A DNA stretch of 62,823 bases, counting the filler, from Dugesia japonica (Eukaryota): NCBI GenBank assembly GCA_001938525.1. It is 5 parts of 5 records of this genome, joined end to end, with 100 filler letters (N's around TTAATTAATTAA, not from the genome) between each part and the next. Parts side by side here need not be neighbours in the genome. Positions count along the whole stretch, not along the records: positions 31,932 to 53,486 come from MQRL01592635.1; 4 more parts are not named here. One strand, given 5' to 3'. This document shows positions 37,474-48,811 of this stretch, piece after piece. The translations under genes and the position numbers were made by a program. Numbering within the stretch: position 1 is the first letter of the stretch; each line of letters begins with the position of its first letter. The notes beneath the pieces were generated by a model that did no database searches, was not told the DNA's origin, and saw only the letters and a program-made list of their open reading frames with translations.

Positions 37474-37546
37474 AACCAACAGAAAATAATTAGTAATTTA
37501 AAGAAATAAAGTTGGCGCCTGCAGACGCCACTTTTGATTTTAGATT

Positions 37547-40500
37547 CTATATTAAACTATAATTTAATTTTCTTTTTAATTTATCTAATCTTAAATACCC
37601 TTTATCACAATTTTCACATTTAAATTTATTTCCATGCGGCCATGTCCTTATTCCATTATCATCGAATAATCTTTTATCCTCGTAACCAGGTAAAGCTATT
37701 TTTTTGTTCAGTTAATTCTATTTCATGTTTCTTTGATTTTAAACTATAATTAGTTCTATAAACTATTTCTTTGGGATTACTTAAAACTTCATCATAATGT
37801 TCCATTTCTATTTTATTAGTTTTTGAAACTTCTTTGTGTTTAGTTTCTATATTCTTAGAGCTGCTCGTATTATCTTGATCCTGAATAATATAACTCTTTG
37901 CTTTTATAAAATTACATTTAATTATTTCATTATTTGGTTTTTCATCTTTCATTTGGAATAAATTATTTCCTAATAAACTTGTTCCTTTGTTTAAATTCTA
38001 TTGTTCTTTTATTTCCATAAAAACACAATCCGTATCGCTGTAATGAATTTTATACTTGTTTGGTATTAATTTATCCATCTGATTATAAATGTAATCGTAA
38101 ATAACTTCTTTTGCATATTCCAAAATAGTAAAACCAATTTATGGGAATTTATTATATTTTAATTTTGTTTTATAAAGATGCATTGCTGCTGTTTTGGCTT
38201 TGCTACGATTAAATTCTCCTGTAAATATTTTACTTGATTTATAATTAATTTTACTAGCAAACTTTGGATAATTTTTTTTATTATCTACTATTTCAACATT
38301 ACACCTGTTTCTAATGGTTTCTAAAGTTTTTCCATAAAAAGCATTATTTAATAATTTAAAGAATTTATCCCCAAAAACATCCTTATTTCTTTTGGCCTAA
38401 TTTCTTTTATCAATATTAAATTGAATATAGTCTTTTAACCTAAATTTTATTGGCATTTTATATTTAGTATGAATTATTTTAATTTTTATTCCTAGAGAAA
38501 TATACAAATCTAAAGTACTTCCTAAAACTATATAATTTTGTTTATCAAATTGATTTAGTGTTAATTTAGTATTTTTCTTGGATAACGTTTTATTGAAACC
38601 TAATTGATATGGGGCCAACAATTTTTCAGTTATATTCAAAGGATCTGGAGCCAATGGAAAGTATTTTGTCTTTTCATGTGTCTCTTTTGGATATTCTAAA
38701 TCAACTTCATAAACATAATTAATATCCTTTGTTGATTTAGTATAAATTAAGTCTTTGCATTCATATAATTTTCCTGTTGGTAATGGTTTTGTCATACAAC
38801 TAGCATACAAAGAATTTTCATCTAAATATTTTAAATATGTTTCTTCGAAATAATCATCTGGAAAATATTTTTGTTCTGGATTTCTAAATATATTTAATAA
38901 ATCATCTAATTGAGCATTATTTATTGTTTTATTATTTCTTTTACTATTTCCAAATACTTGTCTTTATCCGCAAACACCTTAATATCCCCTCTAACCCCTC
39001 TTTCAATTTTAATAAATTTATCGTAACTTTCTTTCTGAGCATATTTTAATTTCACTTGAGTAAATTTTATACCTGCATTCCAAGTTAATTCTGGAGCTGA
39101 ATAACAATAACTTGGATCCAATTGATAATTATTTAAACATGTTTCTCTAAAGTTTTCAAAGTAATCAGCTAAAATAATTACATCTAGTTTCATATAATGT
39201 AACATATAATCCCATAAATTATTAAAGTTACTAACACCTTCGGCTTGAGCTCCGCGAAAATCATTTAAAAATTCATTATATTCTTGATCAGTTATTTTCT
39301 TTTGTCTTAATATATTGAATAAATCTTCTTTTGATGGAATGTTACTACTCTTTAATAATTCAATAACTTCATTAATATTATTTCCTTTAACGTATTCATA
39401 TGGAAATGGTATTTTTTTTGGTTTTAGATTAAAAGTTTTCAAATGATTATATTTTTCTGATTCATTTAATATTGAACCCATTTTCTCAACTGAAGTTTGT
39501 GTACACATTCTTGCTGAGTCTAAAAATCTTATTGATGGTTCTTTAGGATTCCCATTTTCAAAAGAAATATAAACTTCATCAGTATGTGGAATTATTCTTC
39601 TAACCTTACCTGGATATTTACTAATTAATTCTTTGAAAAATAAATGATTATCATAACCAGATGCGTTGTGGAAATAAAATGGTATAAATAATTTTTTTAT
39701 GGATTTATCTTGTAAATCACATTTACTGTGGGAATATCCTCTGAATTCCATATTAAAGTGATCATGATCGATTACTAGTTTTACAGTTATTGGTTTGTCA
39801 CAATATCTACATTTTAAATGAGCTTGCTCACTTTCCTCGAGTTTAGGAACTTCATCTGAAAATCTTTCGATTTATTTATTTTCCTTTATATCTTTTAATT
39901 TATTATTTAATTCTTCTAAGAATTCAATGAAATTTTCATAAATACTTTCTCCATAAAATTCTTTATATTCATTTTGGATTAAATGTTGATATTTACTTAC
40001 AATATAAANNNNNNNNNNNNNNNNNNNNNNNNNNNNNNNNNNNNNNNNNNNNNNNNNNNNNNNNNNNNNNNNNNNNNNNNNNNNNNNNNNNNNNNNNNNN
40101 NNNNNNNNNNNNNNNNNNNNNNNNNNNNNNNNNNNNNNNNNNNNNNNNNNNNNNNNNTGGTTAATACATTCTTTTTGATGATTAATTAATAAATCTTTAC
40201 TTCTATATGAATTCATACATCTGATACACAAATGATTTTGATTTCTATTTGTTGAATAAAATACTTCTACATTTCTACACAAAATAAAATGGTTTTTATA
40301 AACTAATAGATTACATTTATTTTCTTCTGGTTTGGGTTTAGTTTCATAATGATTAATATATAAAGGTTCAAGATTTTTAGATACATTTACAGTAAATACG
40401 TTTATTTTCCAATCATTTAACTTTTCAAATTTTTTAACGTCATCTATTTTTGTTGGAAATTTAATTCCTGTTGTATTTAATTCACCTAAATAAGGAATAT

Positions 40501-41373
40501 AATTACTAACTCTGGTTGGTTGATCTTTAAATACATGTTTATGAGCTAAAATTGAATANNNNNNNNNNNNNNNNNNNNNNNNNNNNNNNNNNNNNNNNNN
40601 NNNNNNNNNNNNNNNNNNNNNNNNNNNNNNNNNNNNNNNNNNNNNNNNNNNNNNNNNNNNNNNNNNNNNNNNNNNNNNNNNNNNNNNNNNNNNNNNNNNN
40701 NNNNNNNNNNNNNNNNNNNNNNNNNNNNNNNNNNNNNNNNNNNNNNNNNNNNNNNNNNNNNNNNNNNNNNNNNNNNNNNNNNNNNNNNNNNNNNNNNNNN
40801 NNNNNNNNNNNNNNNNCATTTACATCTTTATTATAATTACAGTTAACATTCATTCGGACAATAATCTTTATCCGATAATTAAAATACTTGGTAATTATTT
40901 CTAAGATTTCAGATTGAAATGCGTTTATCATTTTTACTGGTCTTTTCATTTGTTCAATATTTCTAGTTAATTCTACTTTACTTTCTCTAAAATATTCAAT
41001 TTCATAATCTTTATATATTCTAAAAATATCTCTAATTTCTGGATCGAAATCAATTGCTTCTTCTCCAGGTAACTCATCAAATAATATTTTATTAACTTTT
41101 TCTTTATGTTTATTTGAATTAAAATGTGTTTTTGCACGAATTTGGCTTGAAAATGTTTTACTACATATTTCACAAAACAATGGAACGTTTTCTGAATTTC
41201 CACAATTATTAGAATTTAAATGTTTTGTTAATCCCCTCATAGATCTAAAATCTTTTAGGCATTTAAAACAATTAAATCTTGTTCTTTCTAAAGGACAACA
41301 TCTTGATCTAATATGACCTGATAATACTGATTTATTTTTAAAAACCTTTTACAAAGTTCATTTTACTAGTCAT
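37547..41373 (-). pseudogene. Protein-primed family B DNA polymerase (pPolB), fragmented by frameshifts and gaps
   Basis: FHNASGYD (ExoII), FLDS, FPYEY, Y...DV..L...FE.FR (ExoIII), YLDENSLY..CM...LP.G (motif A), KLLNNAFYGK (B), YSDTD (C), MKDE and DKR. An EndoVII-like C..C...DHDH....RG..H..C and N-terminal C2H2 fingers are also present. Confidence 0.95.
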
Positions 41374-41458
41374 TTTAAGTAAAGACAATTTGGTTGGACG
41401 GTTTTTTTCCCTAGTTTTGAGTGGGTTATTTTTAAATTAAAAATTCAAAATAAACAAG

Positions 41459-42029
41459 TAACAGGGTAGGGTACACATTGCTGGTAGAAATTAATATATA
41501 TAATATCCATTCGACAAATCACTTAAATTATTTTTAAAACGGTCACGTGGGTTTTACTTTTGAATTTAAAAAAGAATTTACAAGTAATAGGAAAAAGGCA
41601 ACTTTCAGATGGGGAATATTTATTCGAAATAAGCATTGGTATTAGTAGTAACATATTAAATAATTCTATCACTTGTGCCCTATGCTATATTTGAAGTGTA
41701 CTCCACTGTCGGCAAGTCNNNNNNNNNNNNNNNNNNNNNNNNNNNNNNNNNNNNNNNNNNNNNNNNNNGTAATAGGGTAGGGTACACATTGCTGGTAGAA
41801 ATTAATATATATAATATCCGTTCGACAAATCACTTAAATTATTTTTAAAACGGTCACGTGGGTTTTACTTTTGAATTTAAAAAAGATTTTTCAAGTAATA
41901 GGAAAAAGGCAACTTTCAGATGGGGAATATTTATTCGAAATAGGCATTGGTATTAGCAGTAACATATTAAATAATTCTATCACCTGTGCCCTATGCTATA
42001 TTTGAAGTTTACTCCCCTGTCGGCAAGTC
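41459..42029. repeat. Two diverged copies of about 260 bp upstream of pPolB
   Basis: 41459-41718 and 41769-42029 differ at several positions. Confidence 0.8.
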
Positions 42030-42095
42030 GCCTTTTTCCTATTACTCCCCTTTTGGATAACTACATTTTACTAGCCATTTTTATAATAGAAAAAT

Positions 42096-42506
42096 TTAAT
42101 ACATTATAATTTCTTTACTAATTTTATGATAATCTATCTTCGTTTGCGCTAGCTCTATTTTAGGTTTTTGTGTTTGTTGATTTGGTTGGTTTTGTTGGTT
42201 TTGAACTTGTCTAATAGGAATTTGATTTTGAACTGGTTTAGGAATTTGAGTTTGAGTTTGTGGTTTAGTAATTTGATTTTTATCAGATCGTTTTATTAAA
42301 GATTTATATTGCCCATTAGCATCTCTTTCTGAAAACTTAATATGTTTTTTTCCATTATAAGGAATATTAAATTCTCTTAAATATTTTATTAATATTTTAT
42401 CATTTACATTATTTTGTTTACAAAAATTTGAAACAGAATTTTCCATAAAATTATAACTTTTTAAGAGTTTATAAAAATCACTTTGTGTTATTTCTTGACT
42501 AACCAT
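42096..42506 (-). CDS. HTH-like protein with Q-rich tail
   Basis: FYKLLKSYNFMENSVSNFCKQNNVNDKILIKYLREFNIPYN is homologous to 7393-7698. Confidence 0.7.
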   Translation of the reverse strand: MVSQEITQSDFYKLLKSYNFMENSVSNFCKQNNVNDKILIKYLREFNIPYNGKKHIKFSERDANGQYKSLIKRSDKNQITKPQTQTQIPKPVQNQIPIRQVQNQQNQPNQQTQKPKIELAQTKIDYHKISKEIIMY

Positions 42507-42671
42507 TTTATTAATATAAAATTTTTACAGAAATAAACAGAATCAGACAGAACTTAATCAGAACTTAATCAGAACCTAACCAGAACCTTAACCATACCTT
42601 AACCTAACCATAACAAAAATATTAAAAATATTAATAATAAAAACTATTGTTTTATTCTGTTATTATATTTT

Positions 42672-42971
42672 TTATTTTTTCTTATTTTTTTTTAAAGTTT
42701 TTATTAACTCATTTTTTATTTGTGTTCGCTCAAATCGTTTTATTAAAGATTTATATTGACCATTGACATCTTTCAGAAAATTTATTGTTTTTTTATTATA
42801 TGGAATATTAAATTCTCTTAAATATTTTGTTACTGTTTTTTTATTTACATTATTTTGTTTGCAAAAACTTGAAATAGAGTTTTCCAAGAAATTATAACTT
42901 TTTAAAAGTTTATAAAATTATTCTTCATTTGTATCTAATTTGTTTGTGTTAGTATTTTTATTAGTAACCAT
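42672..42971 (-). pseudogene. HTH-like paralogue with disrupted N-terminus
   Basis: Same conserved block. Stops lie between the ATG at 42971 and the conserved region. Confidence 0.65.
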
Positions 42972-42997
42972 TTATTAATTAAAAATTTTATTATATT

Positions 42998-45900
42998 TGT
43001 TGGGGTCCCACCTGAGTTGAGTGACACGAAAAGGGTGGCTGGGGAAAAACAGCCTTCTGGGGAACCCTTTCAAGAGTTTATCCTACCGTCCCTGTGGTAG
43101 GTTTTCAGTTTATGGCGGTTGACCTTGCTCTTAATGGAAGGTACACACCGAAAACCTTTATTTCGGGTTCACTATTTTTCCCTTATTGTTATCACCAAAA
43201 AGAAGAAATTGCAACTCTGATTAAAAANNNNNNNNNNNNNNNNNNNNNNNNNNNNNNNNNNNNNNNNNNNNNNNNNNNNNNNNNNNNNNNNNNNNNNNNN
43301 NNNNNNNNNTTAAACTCAGCGATATCGTCATCGTCATCCCACTGCGCTACGTTTGGGTTCACAATTTGCCTTGATAAGTCCGCAATGTACTGCTTTAAAA
43401 ATTCAATTTTTCGCTGCAGTAATTGCTTATTCTCTGCTTCCAATGCCTTTGTCTGAATGGCAAGGTCATTTAGTTTCTTTACTATAGCGTCCAATCTTTT
43501 AATTAACTTGTCTCGTTGATCTAAATGTCGCAATAGGGCCTGGTTGGTTTTCCGTTTCAGATGCCTCTCCACCAGCAGGCGGCGCATTATGCGGTGGCAT
43601 CGATGAAGATTGTTTGGGAAATGGATACGAGGCACTAAAACAAATTATCATTAATTTTAGTAAAATTTTCTCAATGAAAAAGAATATCCACCTAATGAAA
43701 ATAATAAAAAGAAAATTAATGAGACAGTTCAAACTAGCAAATTTATTAACAAAAGAGTTGGCATCCAAATTAATTCTTAGGGGTCTGGGTGCTTTTCTCA
43801 ACCATTAGAGGTTCAAGTGGCATGGACGCCTTCAGCTTCAGAACGTCACCTACCAGTTTATTTTCTCGATCTTGGTAGGACCGGATCATATCAACCAAAG
43901 ACTCTACTTGCCCCTTCCATACCCTCTCTTGTGCATGGGAGGCCTCGACTTCCTTTCGGAAAGCCACACATTTTTTCTGGTAGTGGCTTACTTTACTATT
44001 GGCATTGGCTGTATCCGCCTCCCATTTACGCTTGACGAGTCGATACAGGTCCTAGGTCATCTCGCGGTCCTCACTGTCGTCGCGCATCTTTTTCGTAGGA
44101 GCCGAAATGCGATTAAAAGACGAGTGCACTAAAGGTTACATATTAATGCGAGCAAGATTTATAAATTTATGCATCCAGAGCAAAATATATATATNNNNNN
44201 NNNNNNNNNNNNNNNNNNNNNNNNNNNNNNNNNNNNNNNNNNNNNNNNNNNNNNNNNNNNNNNNNNNNNNNNNNNNNNNNNNNNNNNNNNNNNNNNNNNN
44301 NNNNNNNNNNNNNNNNNNNNNNNNNNNNNNNNNNNNNNNNNNNNNNNNNNNNNNNNNNNNNNNNNNNNNNNNNNNNNNNNNNNNNNNNNNNNNNNNNNNN
44401 NNNNNNNNNNNNNNNNNNNNNNNNNNNNNNNNNNNNNNNNNNNNNAGAATCTAGTACCTCGAGGAAGGTGGGCGATCGACACAGGCAATAGGGACGGCCC
44501 ATCTTGCCAATGATCAATGGTCTGGTTAGTTATTGGATCAAAAATGGTAGTTCGGTGTAGAACGTTTTGGATGCGATCGGGACCAACCCATTGATCGAAA
44601 GCTTGGCACTCTGCTGCGGCCCATTCTATTTCGTTATCCGCATCTTCCTTGGTCAAGTTGGAATAATCCGTCAGGATACCNNNNNNNNNNNNNNNNNNNN
44701 NNNNNNNNNNNNNNNNNNNNNNNNNNNNNNNNNNNNNNNNNNNNNNNNNNNNNNNNNNNNNNNNNNNNNNNNNNNNNNNNNNNNNNNNNNNNNNNNNNNN
44801 ATTTAAGTAAGTAAATAGTTTATATTTTATGAGAATAAATTAAAATACAACACGGATTTTAAATCATAACGAATTTCAACACACATTTATTCCAAGTATT
44901 CTTCAAAGAAAACAATTCACTGAGATTTTTAAATGCAGCTGCTATTCCTCATCGATATCCACCTTCTAGAGGAAACATCTCAACGAAACACTGAAGGTCA
45001 GTTTCGTCTGGATGCTCTACCCGGCCTTTGGTTAGGTAGTGGATTATCAATTGCTTCTTTCGAGCGTATCGACGCTGCTTCCTTATCTTTCGTAAAGTGT
45101 CACGCAATACTGCTGGCATTATCTAAGGAATCAAAGCAATAAGATAATAAAATCGTTAAAACAATCTTGCTATTAGTTCATATTCACTTAACCGATATCT
45201 TGATATTTTTACACTATAATTGTGAGGTGGAAACACCGTATTATCTTCGGATTTTAAGTCGTGAAGAAAATTCTTGTTTTGGAGTTCATCTTGGTTTAGT
45301 AAATTCTCGAAAATGTCATGATTAATTGAACGATTACCCAGGTACTTACCCATAACTCTTACAACTTTCATGAGGTTAAGGACATGATAGTGTTAAACAA
45401 AAATCTAATAAGGTTTGGATTACTACGCTAGTAGATAGAAAATAAATTACAAAAAAGAAAAATATTGAATCTCTCCCACCCAATTTATTAAGTTTAGTCC
45501 TGGTCAATTTGTTATTTATCCTTAATGATGACCGGGATTTTAGAGTTACTACTCATGATAATAATTATGACCAGCCATGTTAGGCACACAATAAAATCTA
45601 ATCGTTAAGAAGTATGCCTTTAGATAGATTAACTCATTTCATTTTGAATAAAATCCTGGTTTTTCTAACCATAACAAAATAAACCAAATCATTGTTTAAC
45701 AGGTTAATAATCGATATGGATTTTGCACTAAGGTCACTGTGAATTATGTCAGCAAACCAGTCAATAGTATTATCATGCCAAACACATCAATCATCTCATC
45801 ATGAGTACAGACACTCATCACAAGGACAATGAGGGAGAGACAGTTACAAACCATAAGTCTATCACCGGCAATCACCACCATCCCGATGACGGAATCAATT

Positions 45901-48811
45901 CCCACTACGGTGGCAAAATGTTGTTCAACCGATCAGCATAATTAAATTTTTAATATGATCAAGATTAATTCTTTTTTTTTAAAATTATGAACATAAACAG
46001 AAGACATTCAATCGGTCTTGAATAATTTGTTTTTAGTTGGTTGCTTAGCAACTTCTCTTATCTCATAGTGCACACCTACTATAAACGGGTAGTCATGTAN
46101 NNNNNNNNNNNNNNNNNNNNNNNNNNNNNNNNNNNNNNNNNNNNNNNNNTCATCATGAGTACAGACACTCATCACAAGGACAATGAGGGAGAGACAGTTA
46201 CAAACCATAAGTCTATCACCGGCAATCACCACCATCNNNNNNNNNNNNNNNNNNNNNNNNNNNNNNNNNNNNNNNNNNNNNNNNNNNNNNNNNNNNNNNN
46301 NNNNNNNNNNNNNNNNNNNNNNNNNNNNNNNNNNNNNNNNNNNNNNNNNNNNNNNNNNNNNNNNNNNNNNNNNNNNNNNNNNNNNNNNNNNNNNNNNNNN
46401 NNNNNNNNNNNNNNNNNNNNNNNNNNNNNNNNNNNNNNNNNNNNNNNNNNNNNNNNNNNNNNNNNNNNNNNNNNNNNNNNNNNNNNNNNNNNNNNNNNNN
46501 NNNNNNNNNNNNNNNNNNNNNNNNNNNNNNNNNNNNNNNNNNNNNNNNNNNNNNNNNNNNNNNAATTATTATTCTCATTTTCGATATTCATCATACATCT
46601 AGTGAATGATTTCTGGATTTTCGGCATAATGTAAAATAGTAAATCGTAGAAGGAGATAAAGGATTATGCGGTTCAGAGAAAACTAATAGAAAGACGGTTA
46701 TCGCATGCGAGACAGAAATGACTGAATGATTAACTGCTGATCTCTTACTACAAAATCATAGATACATTACGGCTGTTAGCATGAGGCCATGGATTATTCA
46801 GAATCTCTATCCTTCAGTGAATTCTAGCTGATCGTTTGGTCATTTGTTACAACAAATTGACATTGCTTTTACATTATTCAAACTAGTGGCTGCAATAGTT
46901 GAATGAAATTCGTGTTAGCATATCATTGATCGTAGAACATTTCGGTGATTTTTGGTAATATAAGTGTACGTGTATCCTTGAGACGGTATGGTGTGGAAAT
47001 GAACAATATTAATTTTTTAACTATCTTATGTACTGCGAATCATTAAAGTGGATCTAAAACGGAACAGTGAGTTTTATTCTATTTTAATTAGAAAAATTTA
47101 TGTAACAAATATATCGAATAAAATTTTGTTTATATTATTTTTTAATTTCGTAACATGAATTAGAAATTTTATTATTAATTAACATAAAATTACACAACAA
47201 GGAGAAAATCAATATACATAAAATTTACTTTTTAATTAAAACCAATTTCTTTTCTTCTGCANNNNNNNNNNNNNNNNNNNNNNNNNNNNNNNNNNNNNNN
47301 NNNNNNNNNNNTCTCTTACTACAAAATCATAGATACATTACGGCTGTTAGCATGAGGCCATGGATTATTCAGAATCTCTATCCTTCAGTGAATTCTAGCT
47401 GATCGTTTGGTCATTTGTTACAACAAATTGACATTGCTTTTACATTATTCAAACTAGTGGCTGCAATAGTTGAATGAAATTCGTGTTAGCATATCATTGA
47501 TCGTAGAACATTTCGGTGATTTTTGGTAATATAAGTGTACGTGTATCCTTGAGACGGTATGGTGTGGAAATGAACAATATTAATTTTTTAACTATCTTAT
47601 GTACTGCGAATCATTAAAGTGGATCTAAAACGGAACAGTGAGTTTTATTCTATTTTAATNAGAAAAATTTATGTAACAAATATATCGAATAAAATTTTGT
47701 TTATATTATTTTTTAATTTCGTAACATGAATTAGAAATTTTATTATTAATTAACATAAAATTACACAACAAGGAGAAAATCAATATACATAAAATTTACT
47801 TTTTAATTAAAACCAATTTCTTTTCTTCTGCATGGGGTCTACGGATGAATTAAAATCGAATAACATCAGGATAGTCTTCGTCTGCAATTTATTATACACG
47901 GAAACAATTGGTTTGTCCGACTAGTAATGAATTTTCTTCCTTTACTGACCACGATGGAGTCAAAACNNNNNNNNNNNNNNNNNNNNNNNNNNNNNNNNNN
48001 NNNNNNNTTCGACTAACTGTTTGTGATACCCACGATAATTACAACAATGTTGCTCCACAAAAATTTGTATTAATGTACTTAAAACACTGATGATATAGAT
48101 TGAGAATTCTAGAAATTTTGGTTTTTGTGAAAAGTTGTTGTTTTTGTTGTTAAAGTTAGGGGTCCTTTTATATGGTTTTCTTAACACCCCAACTTGAACC
48201 GGATTTGATGATTATTTTTAAATCAGCTTTTTCTTGATCTTACTGGTTACTGAACCAATTTTCCAAAATTTTCTAAACATTTTAGTTCTGCTATTGGCAG
48301 CTATTTTTATCGGCCCACCTGACATTTGATTTTTTGTTTTATTTTTAATTTCAGGTTTACTATTGGTCGGATCTAGAGAACCCTGCAGCAACCCTTTGGA
48401 AGGTGTNNNNNNNNNNNNNNNNNNNNNNNNNNNNNNNNNNNNNNNNNNNNNNNNNNNNNNNNNNNNNNNNNNNNNNNNNNNNNNNNNNNNNNNNNNNNNN
48501 NNNNNNNNNNNNNNNNNNNNNNNNNNNNNNNNNNNNNNNNNNNNNNNNNNNNNNNNNNNNNNNNNNNNNNNNNNNNNNNNNNNNNNNNNNNNNNNNNNNN
48601 NNNNNNNNNNNNNNNNNNNNNNNNNNNNNNNNNNNNNNNNNNNNNNNNNNNNNNNNNNNNNNNNNNNNNNNNNNNNGCATTTACCTTTGGCTTTATTTCT
48701 TTTCCTGCTAAGGTTGTTTTCAAACTGTATAATTTATTACCGGTGGTTATTGAAGTCCTGTTGATTTATTTTTCTGGCTTGTTCCCGTTTAGCGGGTGTT
48801 TCACCCCAACA
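42998..48811 (-). mobile_element. Insertion B of the TGTTGGGG...CCCCAACA family, 4-bp TSD TATT, nested in Polinton locus 2
   Basis: TATT|TGTTGGGGTCCC...GGTGTTTCACCCCAACA|TATT. The last 17 nt are identical to those of insertion A. GC-richer coiled-coil ORFs lie at 43192-44656. Confidence 0.85.
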
